From: an uncultured virus (IMG/VR IMGVR_UViG_3300020034_000011)
Taxonomy: Duplodnaviria; Heunggongvirae; Uroviricota; Caudoviricetes
Virus record (IMG/VR): IMGVR_UViG_3300020034_000011
Direction: 5' to 3' (one strand)
Length of the DNA stretch: 64,000 nt
The notes below the pieces were generated by a model. The model was not told where the DNA came from, did not search any database, and worked only from the letters and a program-made list of their open reading frames with translations. How positions within the stretch are numbered: the first letter of the stretch is position 1; each line of letters starts with the position of its first letter. The translations under genes and the position numbers were made by a program. Below are positions 19,315-29,859 of the stretch, in pieces.

Positions 19315-22300
19315 TGTCTACCAGCATTGATGAACGAATTGTTTCAATGGCGTTTGAGAACGCCAAGTTCGAAGCCGCAGTGGCCGTAACCATGTCGACG
19401 CTGTCCAAGCTCAACCAGACGCTGGAGCAGATCGGCAAGGCCAACTCTCTCGGCGATATTGAGAAGGCAGCATCAAAGGTCACCCTCGAGCAGCCCATGT
19501 CGGCGCTCGACAAGCTCAAGACCCGTCTCTTTGGTGCGGGTCAGGGTGCCGATCAGGGACTCGGCGATATTGAGCGTGCTGGTAACAAGATCACACTCGA
19601 AGCGCCGCTCACGGCACTGGACAAGCTTCAAGCCAAGACCGGTCAGGTTGGAGCAAACGCCGCCACCGGTTTCAACGAGATCGAGCGTGCGAGCGGTCGA
19701 GTCGAGCTTGCTGGACTCTCGTCATCGATTGACTCGGTTGCCGCCAAGTTTTCCACCCTGCAGGCTGCGGCTGCTGTGGCTCTCGGCAACATCGCCTCTC
19801 AGGCGGCTATGCGCGGGGCATCGTTCGCGAAGTCTTTTGCTCTTGGTCCGGTCTCGGCCGGTCTTTCTGAGTACACGACCAACCTGAACTCGATCCAGAC
19901 GATTCTGGCCAATACGCAGAGCTCAGGCGGAAACCTCGAGACGGTCAATGCCGCGCTCAACGATCTGAATCATTACTCGGATCAGACGATTTACAACTTC
20001 GGCGAGATGGCGAAGAACATCGGTACCTTCACGGCCGCCGGTGTGAAGCTCGACACTGCCACGCAGTCCATCAAGGGTATTGCGAACCTCGCGGCACTCT
20101 CGGGCTCGAACTCGCAGCAGGCTTCGACAGCCATGTATCAGCTGTCCCAAGCCATTGCTGCGGGCAAGGTCAACCTGCAGGACTGGAACTCGGTCGTCAA
20201 CGCCGGTATGGGTGGCGAGGTCTTCCAGAAGGCGCTGTTTGATACGGGTAAGGCGATGGGGACCATCACCAACTCGCCAGTCAAACAGACCTTTGAGGAA
20301 TGGAAGAAGGCTGGTAACAGCTTCCGTCAGTCCTTGAGCGCTAATCAGAAGAGCGCTACGAAGGACACGTCAGTTCTGGCGAAGGCGCAGAAGGATGCGG
20401 CCGAATCCGTAAAGGAGGCGCATTCCTCATCGGCCGAGGCGATCGCCAATGCCTCAGAACGCGTCAAGGACACGCAGAAGTCTGCCGCCGAAGCCAATGT
20501 GAACGCGGCCAAGCGAGTCAAGGAAGCACAAGAGTCTCAGGCGGAAGCGACCGTCAATGCAGCAGAGCGCGTGAAGAGCGCACAAGAGTCTCAGGCGGAA
20601 TCGGCCAAGAGCGCATCGGACAAGGTCAAGGAAGCACAGAAGGCCGTTTCTGACTCGGCCAAGCAGACCACGATCGATGTCAAGGCCGCACAAGACGCTC
20701 AGAAGGAGACATTTCTTCAGGGCGCAGCAGACGTCAAGGCTGCTCTTGACACGGTAACCGAGGCGCGCAAGAAGCTTGTGGAGGCTATGAAGCCTCCGAG
20801 CGCCGATGAGTTGCAGGCGGCTACGGACAACCTCAAGACGGCCCAGCTCGATCAAGCTGATCTTGCCACGGCGGTCACGGATGCTCAGACCGAGCAGAAG
20901 CGAAGCGCCGAGGATCTCGCAGCCGCAGAGAAGCGTTTGCGTGACACCAGGTCTTCCGGGGGAAGTCCCGAAGAGGTTCTCGCAGCCTCACGCGCTGTTG
21001 AAGATGCTCAGAAGAGGCAGAAGGATTCCTCTGATGCAGTAGAGCGAGCGATCCTCAAGCAGAATGCCGCTACGCGTGGTCTTCATGACGCGCAGACGGA
21101 GCTGCAGGAGACGCAGCAGAAAGGCACCGATCAGGATCAAAAGGTTGTCGATGCCAAGGATTCGCTTTCTGCCGCCATCGAGAAGCAGCGGATCGCTGAG
21201 CTCAAGAACACCAAGGACAACCTCGCATCGGCAGACAAGGTCACCAAGGCCCGTCTGGACGGCATTGCTGCTCAGAAGGACGCCAGTGCCGACCTGGCCG
21301 CAGCCGAGAAGCAGCAGACCGAAATCCTTATCAAGGGGCGTAAGGCTGTTGCTGACGCTGAGAAGGATCAAGCCAAGACCATCATCGACGCGCGTGAGTC
21401 TGTCGCCAAGGCCGAGAAGGATCAAGCCGAGACGATCATTGACTCCCGTGAGTCTGTCGCCAAGGCCGAGAAGGATCAGGCCAAGACGATCAAGGACTCA
21501 CGCGAATCGGTGACCAAGGCGGAAGAGTCTGCCGCTGAGCGCATCAAGGCAGCCCGTGCTACGGCCTCAGGTAAGGACGTAGCGAGTCCTGCGCCGTCAT
21601 GGCTGACGTCAGACGTTCTGACCAGCACCCTGAAGCAGTTCACAGGGGACATGACCACGGCGCAGCTCAAGGCACAGGGCTTTAGCGATGCGCAGATCAA
21701 GAACATCCAGAAGCAGGCTCAGCTGGCCAAGGACTCGGCCACGAAGGTCAAGACGCTCGGGCAAGTATTCGATATTGCTCGAGAGACCCTTGGCTCTGGT
21801 TGGTCTGCGACGTTCAAGAACATTTTCGGTAACTTCGAAGAGGCTCGAACGACCTTCACCGGTCTTTCGACCACGATCAACGGGTTCATCAACACCAACG
21901 CCAACGCTCGTAACAAGGTGTTGAAGGATTGGAAAGAACTCGGCGGGCGTACCGTTCTTATCGAGGGCATCAAGCAGGTCTTCAAGGACCTCTTGGCGAT
22001 CCTCAAGCCCATCAAGGATGCGTTCAGAGAGATCTTCCCGCCGAAGACCGGCAAGGATCTCTTCGATCTGACCGTCAACTTCCGGGATCTGGCTAAGGCG
22101 CTGGAGCCATCGAAGGAGACGGTTGAGAATCTCAAGAGAACGTTTGCGGGTTTCTTTGCGGTAGTCCATATTGGTTGGACGATCGTCAAGGATCTCGTTG
22201 GCGTCATCTTCGATCTGCTGGGCGTGGCCGGTAAGGGCGGCGGAGGCTTCCTGAACTTCACCGGCTCGATCGGTGATTTCCTGGTGGCTCTGGACAAGGC

Positions 22301-25300
22301 GCTGACCCAGGGCGGTCTGCTCAAGGGGTTCTTCGCTGGACTGACCGCAGTGCTCAAGCTCCCGATCGAGCTGTTCAGCCATCTGGCCAAGATCATTTTT
22401 GGCTTGTTTGGCGGAGAGGACGATTCGAAGGCCTCGGCCCTTAGTGGTTCTCTGGACAAGGTCGGAAAGGCCGCAGGTCCGCTCACCCCGATTCTCGACT
22501 CGCTGAAGAAGGCGTGGGACGGGATCGTCAAGGTCTTCAAGGAAGCCAAGGAGAAAGCATCTCCATGGCTTGACCATATTGGTGAGCAGATCTCTAATCT
22601 GGGAGCGACGATCGGCAATGCGTTGTCGAATCTCGATTTCAACAAGGCCATGGGTGCGCTGCAAACCGCGTTCATTGGTGGCATTTTCCTTGCGCTCAAG
22701 AAGGCGATCTCGGGCAACAGCGGTGCGCTTACCGGTGCACTGTCGGGGCTCAACAAGGTCTTCGGTTCGCTGACGGGTACGCTTGAAGGCATGCAGCAGC
22801 GCGTCAAGGCACAGGCGATCCTGATGATCGCCGGAGCCATTGGCATTCTGGCAGCAAGCATTTTCATCCTCTCAACGATCGATCCAAAGCGACTCGCTTC
22901 CGCCCTGGCTGCTCTGGCCGTCGGGATGGGTGAGCTCATGGTCGCAATCAAGCTGATGACCACCGGTCTCGGTAAGGCTGGTATTCTCACGTTGCCGGTC
23001 CTTGCGATCGGTCTCGTTGGCGTTGCTGCGGCTACCGTTATTCTCGCGGCGGCCATGAAGATCTTCGCCACGATGAAGTGGGAGGACATCGCCAAGGGTC
23101 TGGCCGGGGTTGGTGGCGGTTTGGTTGCCATCGGTATCGGCATGAAGGCTCTTGGGCCAGGGACGCTTATCCAAGGTCCTGCGCTTATCGCCATCGCCAT
23201 CGCTCTGAACCTGCTGGCGCTCGCAGTCAAGCAGTTTGCGAGTATGAAGTGGGAAGACATGGCGAAGGGGCTTGCCGGAGTGTTCGGCGTTCTGGCAGCA
23301 GTCGCAGTGCCTCTGGCCGCTATGGGTCCCAGCATTGCGCTGGTCGGCCCAGGCTTGATCGCTGCAGGAATTGGTATCAACCTGCTGGCCAAGGCCGTCT
23401 CATCGTTCAGTGAGATGGACCCAGGCAAGATGGCGATCGGGATTCTTGGAATTGGTGCTGCTCTGGTTGTTCTCGGCGCAGCGATCTCGATGATCCCACC
23501 AACGGTCGCGCTTCAGGCGGCGGGTTTGGTTGTCCTCAGCATTGCCTTGGTTGGCATTGCTGGAGCAATCGCTTTGATGGGGAAGATGAACGTCGGGCAG
23601 ATCATCAAGGGTCTCGCGACTCTCGGTGGCGCTCTGGCGATCCTCGCCATTGGGCTTTCCGCCATGTCTGGGACGTTGATTGGTAGCGTTGCGTTGCTGG
23701 CTGCCGCTGGCGCTCTTGCGATCCTGGCACCCACGCTGGGATTCATGGGAACCCTCAATTGGGGGACCATCATCAAGGGCCTGGTAGCCATCGCATTGGT
23801 TCTCGGAACCCTGTCTGCTGTTGGACTGGTCGCCAGCGAGGGACTGGTCTCTCTGGGCATATCCTTGCTTCCGCTCGCGGGGGTGTTGGTGCTCACAGCA
23901 GGTGCGATGTTCATTTTCGCCAAGGCTCTCGCTTTGCTGGGAGACAACGGCGCCAAGGGCATTGCCGTAATGGGCACAGCGATCGTGACGTTTGTCGCGT
24001 TGCTACCGTCATTGGTCATCAACTTCCTTCAGGGGTTGGTGGACATCATTGCAGCCATTGCCGCAGTGGCGCCTAAGGTGATTGTCGCGCTGGGAGTTAT
24101 TCTCGACACGATCATCGCCTTTGTCATTGCGCAAGCACCTAAACTAGCGATAGCCATCGGGGCTTTGGTGGATGCGTTCGTTCAGGTGCTCGTTACCAAC
24201 GCACCCAAGCTGGTTGCAGCCGGGTATAAGCTCCTGATCGATTTCCTCACGGGGATTGATCAGAACATCGCAGAGATCACTACGCGGGTGGTTTCGATCA
24301 TCACCCAGTTCCTCAATGGTCTCGCAGAATCGGCTCCGAAGCTCACCGCATCAGGAGCCAATTTCCTGATCCAATTCCTCAACGGGATTGCCGCTCAGCT
24401 TCCCAAGCTGGTCGAGGCCGCGATCAACGTCGTGACCAAGTTCATCGAAGCGGTTTTCGGCAAGCTGCCGGATATTCTCCTTCTCGGCACCAAGCTCATG
24501 GTCTCCTTCATCGGAGCCATCACAGGCCAGTTGGTCAACGTGTTCAACATGGGCCTCAAGATCATCACACAACTCCTGAGCGGTCTTGCTCAGGCAGTGC
24601 CGAAGATGGTGGAGAAGGCTGGCGATATTGCCGCCAAGTTCGTCGCAGCCGTTGCCAGTGGGTTGATTCGTCTCACCACAGCTGGTGCAGACGCGTTGAT
24701 CAACTTCATCAACGGATTGGCGAACGTTATTCGTACCAAGGGTCCTGAGTTGCGTGCTGCTGGTTGGAACCTGGCAGACGCGATCATCGACGGCATGGTG
24801 GACGGCTTCAAGGAGCTCGGAAACAAGGCCATCGATTCGGTCAAGGGCGTTATTGGCGGCCTCCCAGGCGCAGCCAAGAAGGTCCTCGGGATCAACTCTC
24901 CATCGAAGGTGTTCATGGAGATCGGTAAGTTCACCGGCCAGGGTCTGGTCGTCGGTCTGCAGAGCTCGTCTGGCGACGTGGCTTCTGCGGCCGGAAACAT
25001 GGGAGACTCCGCCGTTTCGGCTATCCAAGACAGCATGAAACGCGCAGGCGACTTCATGACCCAGGTTGGGGTCGATCCGAATCCGACAATCACGCCGGTT
25101 TTGGATTTGTCCAACATCAGGAAGGGCGCCAAGGAGCTCAGTGGACTTACGGATATTCCGGGGTCGGGTGTCTCCTTCGGCATGGCTGCGTCCATCTCCA
25201 CCGAGACGCAGCAGTCTGCTGAAGAGCAGGCCGCGGCTGGTGAAGCTGTACCAGCGATCAAGTTCGAGCAGACCAACATCTCTCCGGAGCCGTTGTCGTC

Positions 25301-25385
25301 TGCCGAGGTATATCGACTGACCAACAACGAGCTCTCCAAACTCAGGAGTCAGCTCGGGTTCGTCCCAAGTCGAGAAGCGCTGTGA
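19314..25385 (+). CDS. tape measure protein
   Basis: about 2023 aa Ala-rich helical protein, hydrophobic repeats, C-terminal LGINSPSKVF; start ATG 19314. Confidence 0.93.
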   Translation: MSTSIDERIVSMAFENAKFEAAVAVTMSTLSKLNQTLEQIGKANSLGDIEKAASKVTLEQPMSALDKLKTRLFGAGQGADQGLGDIERAGNKITLEAPLTALDKLQAKTGQVGANAATGFNEIERASGRVELAGLSSSIDSVAAKFSTLQAAAAVALGNIASQAAMRGASFAKSFALGPVSAGLSEYTTNLNSIQTILANTQSSGGNLETVNAALNDLNHYSDQTIYNFGEMAKNIGTFTAAGVKLDTATQSIKGIANLAALSGSNSQQASTAMYQLSQAIAAGKVNLQDWNSVVNAGMGGEVFQKALFDTGKAMGTITNSPVKQTFEEWKKAGNSFRQSLSANQKSATKDTSVLAKAQKDAAESVKEAHSSSAEAIANASERVKDTQKSAAEANVNAAKRVKEAQESQAEATVNAAERVKSAQESQAESAKSASDKVKEAQKAVSDSAKQTTIDVKAAQDAQKETFLQGAADVKAALDTVTEARKKLVEAMKPPSADELQAATDNLKTAQLDQADLATAVTDAQTEQKRSAEDLAAAEKRLRDTRSSGGSPEEVLAASRAVEDAQKRQKDSSDAVERAILKQNAATRGLHDAQTELQETQQKGTDQDQKVVDAKDSLSAAIEKQRIAELKNTKDNLASADKVTKARLDGIAAQKDASADLAAAEKQQTEILIKGRKAVADAEKDQAKTIIDARESVAKAEKDQAETIIDSRESVAKAEKDQAKTIKDSRESVTKAEESAAERIKAARATASGKDVASPAPSWLTSDVLTSTLKQFTGDMTTAQLKAQGFSDAQIKNIQKQAQLAKDSATKVKTLGQVFDIARETLGSGWSATFKNIFGNFEEARTTFTGLSTTINGFINTNANARNKVLKDWKELGGRTVLIEGIKQVFKDLLAILKPIKDAFREIFPPKTGKDLFDLTVNFRDLAKALEPSKETVENLKRTFAGFFAVVHIGWTIVKDLVGVIFDLLGVAGKGGGGFLNFTGSIGDFLVALDKALTQGGLLKGFFAGLTAVLKLPIELFSHLAKIIFGLFGGEDDSKASALSGSLDKVGKAAGPLTPILDSLKKAWDGIVKVFKEAKEKASPWLDHIGEQISNLGATIGNALSNLDFNKAMGALQTAFIGGIFLALKKAISGNSGALTGALSGLNKVFGSLTGTLEGMQQRVKAQAILMIAGAIGILAASIFILSTIDPKRLASALAALAVGMGELMVAIKLMTTGLGKAGILTLPVLAIGLVGVAAATVILAAAMKIFATMKWEDIAKGLAGVGGGLVAIGIGMKALGPGTLIQGPALIAIAIALNLLALAVKQFASMKWEDMAKGLAGVFGVLAAVAVPLAAMGPSIALVGPGLIAAGIGINLLAKAVSSFSEMDPGKMAIGILGIGAALVVLGAAISMIPPTVALQAAGLVVLSIALVGIAGAIALMGKMNVGQIIKGLATLGGALAILAIGLSAMSGTLIGSVALLAAAGALAILAPTLGFMGTLNWGTIIKGLVAIALVLGTLSAVGLVASEGLVSLGISLLPLAGVLVLTAGAMFIFAKALALLGDNGAKGIAVMGTAIVTFVALLPSLVINFLQGLVDIIAAIAAVAPKVIVALGVILDTIIAFVIAQAPKLAIAIGALVDAFVQVLVTNAPKLVAAGYKLLIDFLTGIDQNIAEITTRVVSIITQFLNGLAESAPKLTASGANFLIQFLNGIAAQLPKLVEAAINVVTKFIEAVFGKLPDILLLGTKLMVSFIGAITGQLVNVFNMGLKIITQLLSGLAQAVPKMVEKAGDIAAKFVAAVASGLIRLTTAGADALINFINGLANVIRTKGPELRAAGWNLADAIIDGMVDGFKELGNKAIDSVKGVIGGLPGAAKKVLGINSPSKVFMEIGKFTGQGLVVGLQSSSGDVASAAGNMGDSAVSAIQDSMKRAGDFMTQVGVDPNPTITPVLDLSNIRKGAKELSGLTDIPGSGVSFGMAASISTETQQSAEEQAAAGEAVPAIKFEQTNISPEPLSSAEVYRLTNNELSKLRSQLGFVPSREAL

Positions 25386-25450
25386 CAAGCCGGGCCTCAG
25401 GGGGTTTACGCCTCTTGAGACCCGGCTCCCTAACCAACCAAGGAGACTTC

Positions 25451-26302
25451 GTGCTGACGAACGTCGAGGTACGCAGTGCATGGTCGTCGGCGCCTGATGT
25501 TCCTCTGTCGGTTGGGGTGGGCGAAGACGAAGACCCACTTCAGATCCGAGGCATTGACGGACTCGGTCCGGTCAAGGCTACGATCAACACCACGCAGAAA
25601 GCTCAGCGCGGAGCGTTCAAGACCGGTAGCAGCACCCCTGCACGCAACGTCGTGCTGACGATCGGCTTCAATCCTGATTACGTTGAGCACACGGTGTCCA
25701 GCCTGCGTGAGAAGCTTTACGGGTACTTCATGCCCGAGCAGCCGGTGAACCTTCGCATTTTCCGCGACGACAAGCCCGCGGTTGAGATCGATGGTTTCTC
25801 AGAGGGCGTTGACCCAACCATTTTCTCGAAGGATCCAGAGGTGCAGATCTCGGTCATCTGTCCCGATCCAGACTTTGTTGCCGTCGCCGCATCAATCGTG
25901 GAGGGCACGGCAAACCACGAGCCGGTCTCTGTCGACTTCACCGCTCTGAGCAATATTGCAACCAGTGCGCTGCTTGAGATCACTGCCTTGGAAGGCGATG
26001 AGACGACCTACGACGGCACGATTACCTTTGAGAAGAAGACGCTGGCCTCAGGCGCGGAGATCTTCACGGTCACCGGAACCGTAGGCGAGGACATCGTCAC
26101 GCGAATCGACTCCAGGCAAGGCGACAAGATCGCCCAAGTTGACTACGGCGTTGAGACGACCAACATCCTCAACTCGATGACCGATGACTCGGTGTGGCCC
26201 CGCATCACGCCGGGCACCAACAAGATCAAGGTCATCCTCGAGGCTGCCGCGGCCGACAAGCACTGGAAGCTCACATATTTCGATCGCTTCGGGGGCTTGT
26301 GA
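25451..26302 (+). CDS. distal tail (Dit-like) protein
   Basis: follows tape measure; GIDGLGP...CPDPDF; GTG start after AAGGAG. Confidence 0.75.
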   Translation: MLTNVEVRSAWSSAPDVPLSVGVGEDEDPLQIRGIDGLGPVKATINTTQKAQRGAFKTGSSTPARNVVLTIGFNPDYVEHTVSSLREKLYGYFMPEQPVNLRIFRDDKPAVEIDGFSEGVDPTIFSKDPEVQISVICPDPDFVAVAASIVEGTANHEPVSVDFTALSNIATSALLEITALEGDETTYDGTITFEKKTLASGAEIFTVTGTVGEDIVTRIDSRQGDKIAQVDYGVETTNILNSMTDDSVWPRITPGTNKIKVILEAAAADKHWKLTYFDRFGGL

Positions 26303-27396
26303 TGGAGCTCTACAGTCTCGACGAGACGTTCCTCAAGGACAAGGTCTTTGATGATTTCTTCTCTGTTATCTGGACCGAGCGGTTCAAGAAGAACGGCGAA
26401 GTGCTATTGGCCCTTGAGGCCTCTCCTGAACGCCTTGCCATCCTCAAGTCGGGCAAGTTCCTGAGTGAGAAAAACGCGGATGAGATCATGTTCATCCAGT
26501 CGGCTCTGGTCGACGCAGGAGTCCTCACCGTGCAGGGAGTGACACCAGAGGCGTTCCTCAATGAGCGCTATATTCGTACATCAACTTCGCCCGACGTCAA
26601 CGAGTGGAACATCGTCGACACGGCTGGAAACATCCTGTCAACGATTGTCCATGATGTGGCAATCGACGGTAGTGCTTCAGTAGGCATTGGGGGGGCGGAC
26701 AACATCATCCCATATTTGATCATCGGTGACATCGAGGACTCAGGACCCACGCTCACCCAGAAGGTCCCGTTTGGCCCGGCTTACGACGCCATGCAACCCA
26801 TCGGTGAAACCGCTGGTCTAGGGATGAAGATGTTCCTCAGCCGAGCGGATCCGTTTGGCTACGAGTTCACCTTCACGGTGTACAAGGGCTTGGATCGCAC
26901 GAGCGATCAGCTGGAGAACGATCTGGTTCGCTTTTCCTCAGCCGAGGATTCGCTGACCAACATGAAGCAGATCTCTTCCATCGTTGGGTACAAGACGGTG
27001 GTCTACGTTTTCCCGCCATCCTGGAGTCCTGCCACGGCGCCCAAGGTGGTATACGCCCCCGGGTCAGACGACACGGCTCGTGGGTTTGATCGACGGGTGC
27101 TGGTCATGCGGGCGGATGATATTTCCGAAGATGACATCACCGGTGGAGCAACGCTGGCGACGCTCATGGAGCAAGCGGGTACCGATGCCCTGGCTAACAA
27201 TAACTACACCAAGTTGGTCGATGGGGAGGTCGTTCCTCAGCCGCAATACCAGTACGGGACGCACTACAAGCTTGGTGACCTCATCGAGCTTGTGGGGCCG
27301 GATGGGGCCGTCCAGAAGGCACAGGTCACGGAGTACATCCGATCCAAGGATGCCGCCGGGGAAAAGGCGTATCCGACAGTCTCGGTTGTTGACTAG
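26302..27396 (+). CDS. minor tail (baseplate hub, Gp37-like) protein
   Basis: SVIWTERF...G and YGTHYKLGDLI motifs. Confidence 0.75.
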   Translation: MELYSLDETFLKDKVFDDFFSVIWTERFKKNGEVLLALEASPERLAILKSGKFLSEKNADEIMFIQSALVDAGVLTVQGVTPEAFLNERYIRTSTSPDVNEWNIVDTAGNILSTIVHDVAIDGSASVGIGGADNIIPYLIIGDIEDSGPTLTQKVPFGPAYDAMQPIGETAGLGMKMFLSRADPFGYEFTFTVYKGLDRTSDQLENDLVRFSSAEDSLTNMKQISSIVGYKTVVYVFPPSWSPATAPKVVYAPGSDDTARGFDRRVLVMRADDISEDDITGGATLATLMEQAGTDALANNNYTKLVDGEVVPQPQYQYGTHYKLGDLIELVGPDGAVQKAQVTEYIRSKDAAGEKAYPTVSVVD

Positions 27397-27408
27397 GAAG
27401 GGGGCGAG

Positions 27409-27627
27409 GTGAACAAGCAAACATACGAAAGCTGGTCGTTGTTTTTGGCTTTTGTGCTGAAAGCATCGGGAGTGCTGGGTATCTTTTTCGTCCCGATATT
27501 CTGGGCTCTGACGGGTCGTGTTGAACTCGCTTTTCTTCCGTTTTTCGGAACCCTTGCCGGAGTTGGTCAGGGACTCGACATCCTGAAGGAGATCTCACAA
27601 AGCAAAGGAGAAGGAGAGACCAAGTGA
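27409..27627 (+). CDS. membrane protein
   Basis: two hydrophobic segments. Confidence 0.6.
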   Translation: MNKQTYESWSLFLAFVLKASGVLGIFFVPIFWALTGRVELAFLPFFGTLAGVGQGLDILKEISQSKGEGETK

Positions 27628-27794
27628 TGAAAGCTCACACCCGCCTCACCATGAGTGCGGTAATGATCATCCTGTCCGCGCTCTTTGCCGTTCTCGTATC
27701 CAAGGATTCACAAGTTGCGTCCGCGGTTGCGCTTTGGTACGTGGCCATTCTCCTGACCGTGTTCTTTCTATCGACAGTCTGGAAGAAGCCATGA
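27627..27794 (+). CDS. small 2-TM membrane protein (55 aa, below ORF-track cutoff)
   Basis: MKAHTRLTMSAVMIILSALFAVLV...FFLSTVWKKP, coupled on both sides. Confidence 0.55.
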   Translation: MKAHTRLTMSAVMIILSALFAVLVSKDSQVASAVALWYVAILLTVFFLSTVWKKP

Positions 27795-28237
27795 CATCAG
27801 AATCCAACATCCCGGACCCGGATAGAAGGACTCTACCGGATCGGCGCAAGGCCGAGTACGACGCACTGGACGCGAAGATCGACAAGCGCTTTGATATCCT
27901 GACTGATCGAATCAGTCGATGGATCAAGAAATGCATCGTCGGCGGTGCGGTTTTGGGCTTGGGCTGTGCTCTCGGGTTGCTTGGACTTGGGTTGGTTGTG
28001 AAGCTGGTTCAAGATCAACGACTCAGTGTTCTGGTTACAAGCTGCCAGAACACCAACGAGCGCAACAAGAAGACGAACGAGGCGATCGACAACGCCATAT
28101 TGTTGCTGCCGGAAGCTAGTCGAGCAAAGGCTCGAACGGACTCTGCGCCGTTCCGGTTGATCATCAACGCGACCGTTCCGTTCACCGACGACTGCGACGC
28201 CTATGCACACAGACGCCTCAAAGGCGAGCGCGGATGA
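27791..28237 (+). CDS. membrane protein
   Basis: single TM; C-x-x-x-N pattern seen in actinophage lysis-region proteins. Confidence 0.55.
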   Translation: MTSESNIPDPDRRTLPDRRKAEYDALDAKIDKRFDILTDRISRWIKKCIVGGAVLGLGCALGLLGLGLVVKLVQDQRLSVLVTSCQNTNERNKKTNEAIDNAILLLPEASRAKARTDSAPFRLIINATVPFTDDCDAYAHRRLKGERG

Positions 28238-28635
28238 CCCATCAGACTCGGTCGATAGCCTCCAAGATGACGAAGCTGATCATCGCTGTCATGGTGGTTC
28301 AGCTTGCTGTGATCGGCTACGTATTCTTCCAGTCCTACAAGGGACGGTCGGACGTGGTCGATTCACAGCGTGATGGATGTGACCGAGGTAAGCTCGACCG
28401 CAGCGCCAATGCGCGAGGATGGCGTACCGCAGAGGACGCGCGACTGGCAACAGTGGCAAAAACCCTGCATATCAGCGCTTTTGACGCCAAGCAATTGATT
28501 CGTCAGAAGCCCAGACCAAATGATCTGCCTGATCTTGTCGCAGCACGAGAGTACAACAAGACGGCATCTGGTCTGGAGCAGCGCAGCAAGATCAAATGTA
28601 AACACGTCTTTCCGAAAGCAGGTTTGTTTCCGTGA
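28234..28635 (+). CDS. membrane-anchored protein
   Basis: N-terminal TM, two Cys. Confidence 0.55.
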   Translation: MTHQTRSIASKMTKLIIAVMVVQLAVIGYVFFQSYKGRSDVVDSQRDGCDRGKLDRSANARGWRTAEDARLATVAKTLHISAFDAKQLIRQKPRPNDLPDLVAAREYNKTASGLEQRSKIKCKHVFPKAGLFP

Positions 28636-29015
28636 TCCTTCTCAAGGGCAAGCTGTACGACTACACGAAGTACTTGGCGCAAGTCATCCTCCCGGCTCTG
28701 GCCACCTTATATCTCGCTGTGGCGGGGATCTGGGGTCTTCCTTCCGCGCAGGAGGTTGTGGGCACCATCGTGGCCATTGACGCGTTCTTGGGAGTCGTTC
28801 TCCAGCTTTCTTCGACGGCATACGCCAAGTCTGACGAGCGATTCGACGGCCAGGTCAACGTCAACGACACCTCTGAGAAGACGCTGTTTGATCTTCAGAT
28901 CGATGGCGATCCGCTCGAGGTGATCCCCAACAAAGATGTGCTGGTCCTCAAGGTGAATAAGAATCTCCCGACTCCCCTGACGCAAGATCCGGGGAAACCG
29001 TCTCCAGTGGGGTAA
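28632..29015 (+). CDS. holin (Dp-1-like)
   Basis: LYDYTKYLAQVILPALATLY...WGLP...GTIVAIDAFLGVVL. Confidence 0.8.
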   Translation: MILLKGKLYDYTKYLAQVILPALATLYLAVAGIWGLPSAQEVVGTIVAIDAFLGVVLQLSSTAYAKSDERFDGQVNVNDTSEKTLFDLQIDGDPLEVIPNKDVLVLKVNKNLPTPLTQDPGKPSPVG

Positions 29016-29023
29016 GTAGGGTT

Positions 29024-29055
29024 TCGCGAGCGAATCATCGCTTATAGTGAGACCC
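29024..29055 (+). promoter_or_regulatory. phage promoter-like motif plus TGAGACCC leader
   Basis: TCGCG-N7-CA-N7-TAGTGAGACCC. Confidence 0.75.
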
Positions 29056-29070
29056 TAACAAGGAGAACAC

Positions 29071-29403
29071 ATGTTCGCCAAGCCTCCCATCGAAACCAAG
29101 CTCGAAGAGGAGATCACTTCTCAACTCAGCAAGCTGAGTGAGACACAGGACGCCGAAGAATACGGCGCCGCCGTCGATCGCATTTCCAAGCTGCACAAGC
29201 TGAAAACCGAAGAAGCCAACACCAGCCTCGCCCGCATCACCGCGGAGCAGAAGCTGTTGCTGGATTCCCGGATCAAGCTGCCCAGCGCGGATACGCTGCT
29301 CGCCGTCGGCGCCAACCTATTCGGCATCCTGTGGCTCACCCGCTATGAGCGAGAGAAAGTGATCTCCTCCAAGGCGCTTGGCTTCGTCATGAAGCCCCGC
29401 TGA
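29071..29403 (+). CDS. cassette protein with C-terminal hydrophobic segment
   Basis: 110 aa, AAGGAG RBS, followed by terminator 29428-29466. Confidence 0.7.
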   Translation: MFAKPPIETKLEEEITSQLSKLSETQDAEEYGAAVDRISKLHKLKTEEANTSLARITAEQKLLLDSRIKLPSADTLLAVGANLFGILWLTRYEREKVISSKALGFVMKPR

Positions 29404-29526
29404 ACCCGCCACTCCAGGCGAAGTCTAAAAGGAGGAATCGTGCTAAAAACACGGTTTCTCTTTTTTCTCTTTCGAAAATTCCCGGGGGAGAATCTCGACG
29501 GAAGGTCTTAGATATTGGTTCGCGAA

Positions 29527-29558
29527 ACGCGCGAAAAACATCGCTTATAGTGAGACCC
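29527..29558 (+). promoter_or_regulatory. phage promoter-like motif plus TGAGACCC leader
   Basis: ACGCG-N7-CA-N7-TAGTGAGACCC. Confidence 0.75.
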
Positions 29559-29574
29559 CTATATAAAGGACCCC

Positions 29575-29811
29575 ATGTTCGATTACCTGTTTTTGGACAG
29601 TGCCATTCAATCCCTTCAGAAGCTCCCCAAAGAGTTCGTCTATGCCGCTTTCGCGTGCGTCACGATCATCGAGGTTCACAAGCGCCATGCGCAAGTGCAA
29701 CAATCGACGATCGCGGCCAACGCCAAGGTGCGCATTGCCGAGCTCGAAGTGGAGAAGCTGACGCTTGAACTGGACCTGCACAACGCCAGAGCCGAAAACC
29801 CCCTGCATTAG
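29575..29811 (+). CDS. cassette hypothetical protein
   Basis: 78 aa; terminator 29821-29850. Confidence 0.65.
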   Translation: MFDYLFLDSAIQSLQKLPKEFVYAAFACVTIIEVHKRHAQVQQSTIAANAKVRIAELEVEKLTLELDLHNARAENPLH

Positions 29812-29859
29812 TTCTCAAGGAGAGAATTCACCAACACGGATTCTCTTTTTACCTGCAAT

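Noticed and set aside
5777..25538. Long minus-strand ORFs (e.g. 5777-6883, 9075-10391, 11393-12862, 21719-23428, 24351-25538)
   Set aside because: Antisense shadows of high-GC + strand genes; no recognisable domains.
29049..29054. GAGACC/GGTCTC equals the BsaI site, suggesting a cloning artefact
   Set aside because: Copies sit in natural promoter/RBS contexts with variable flanks; no vector sequence seen.
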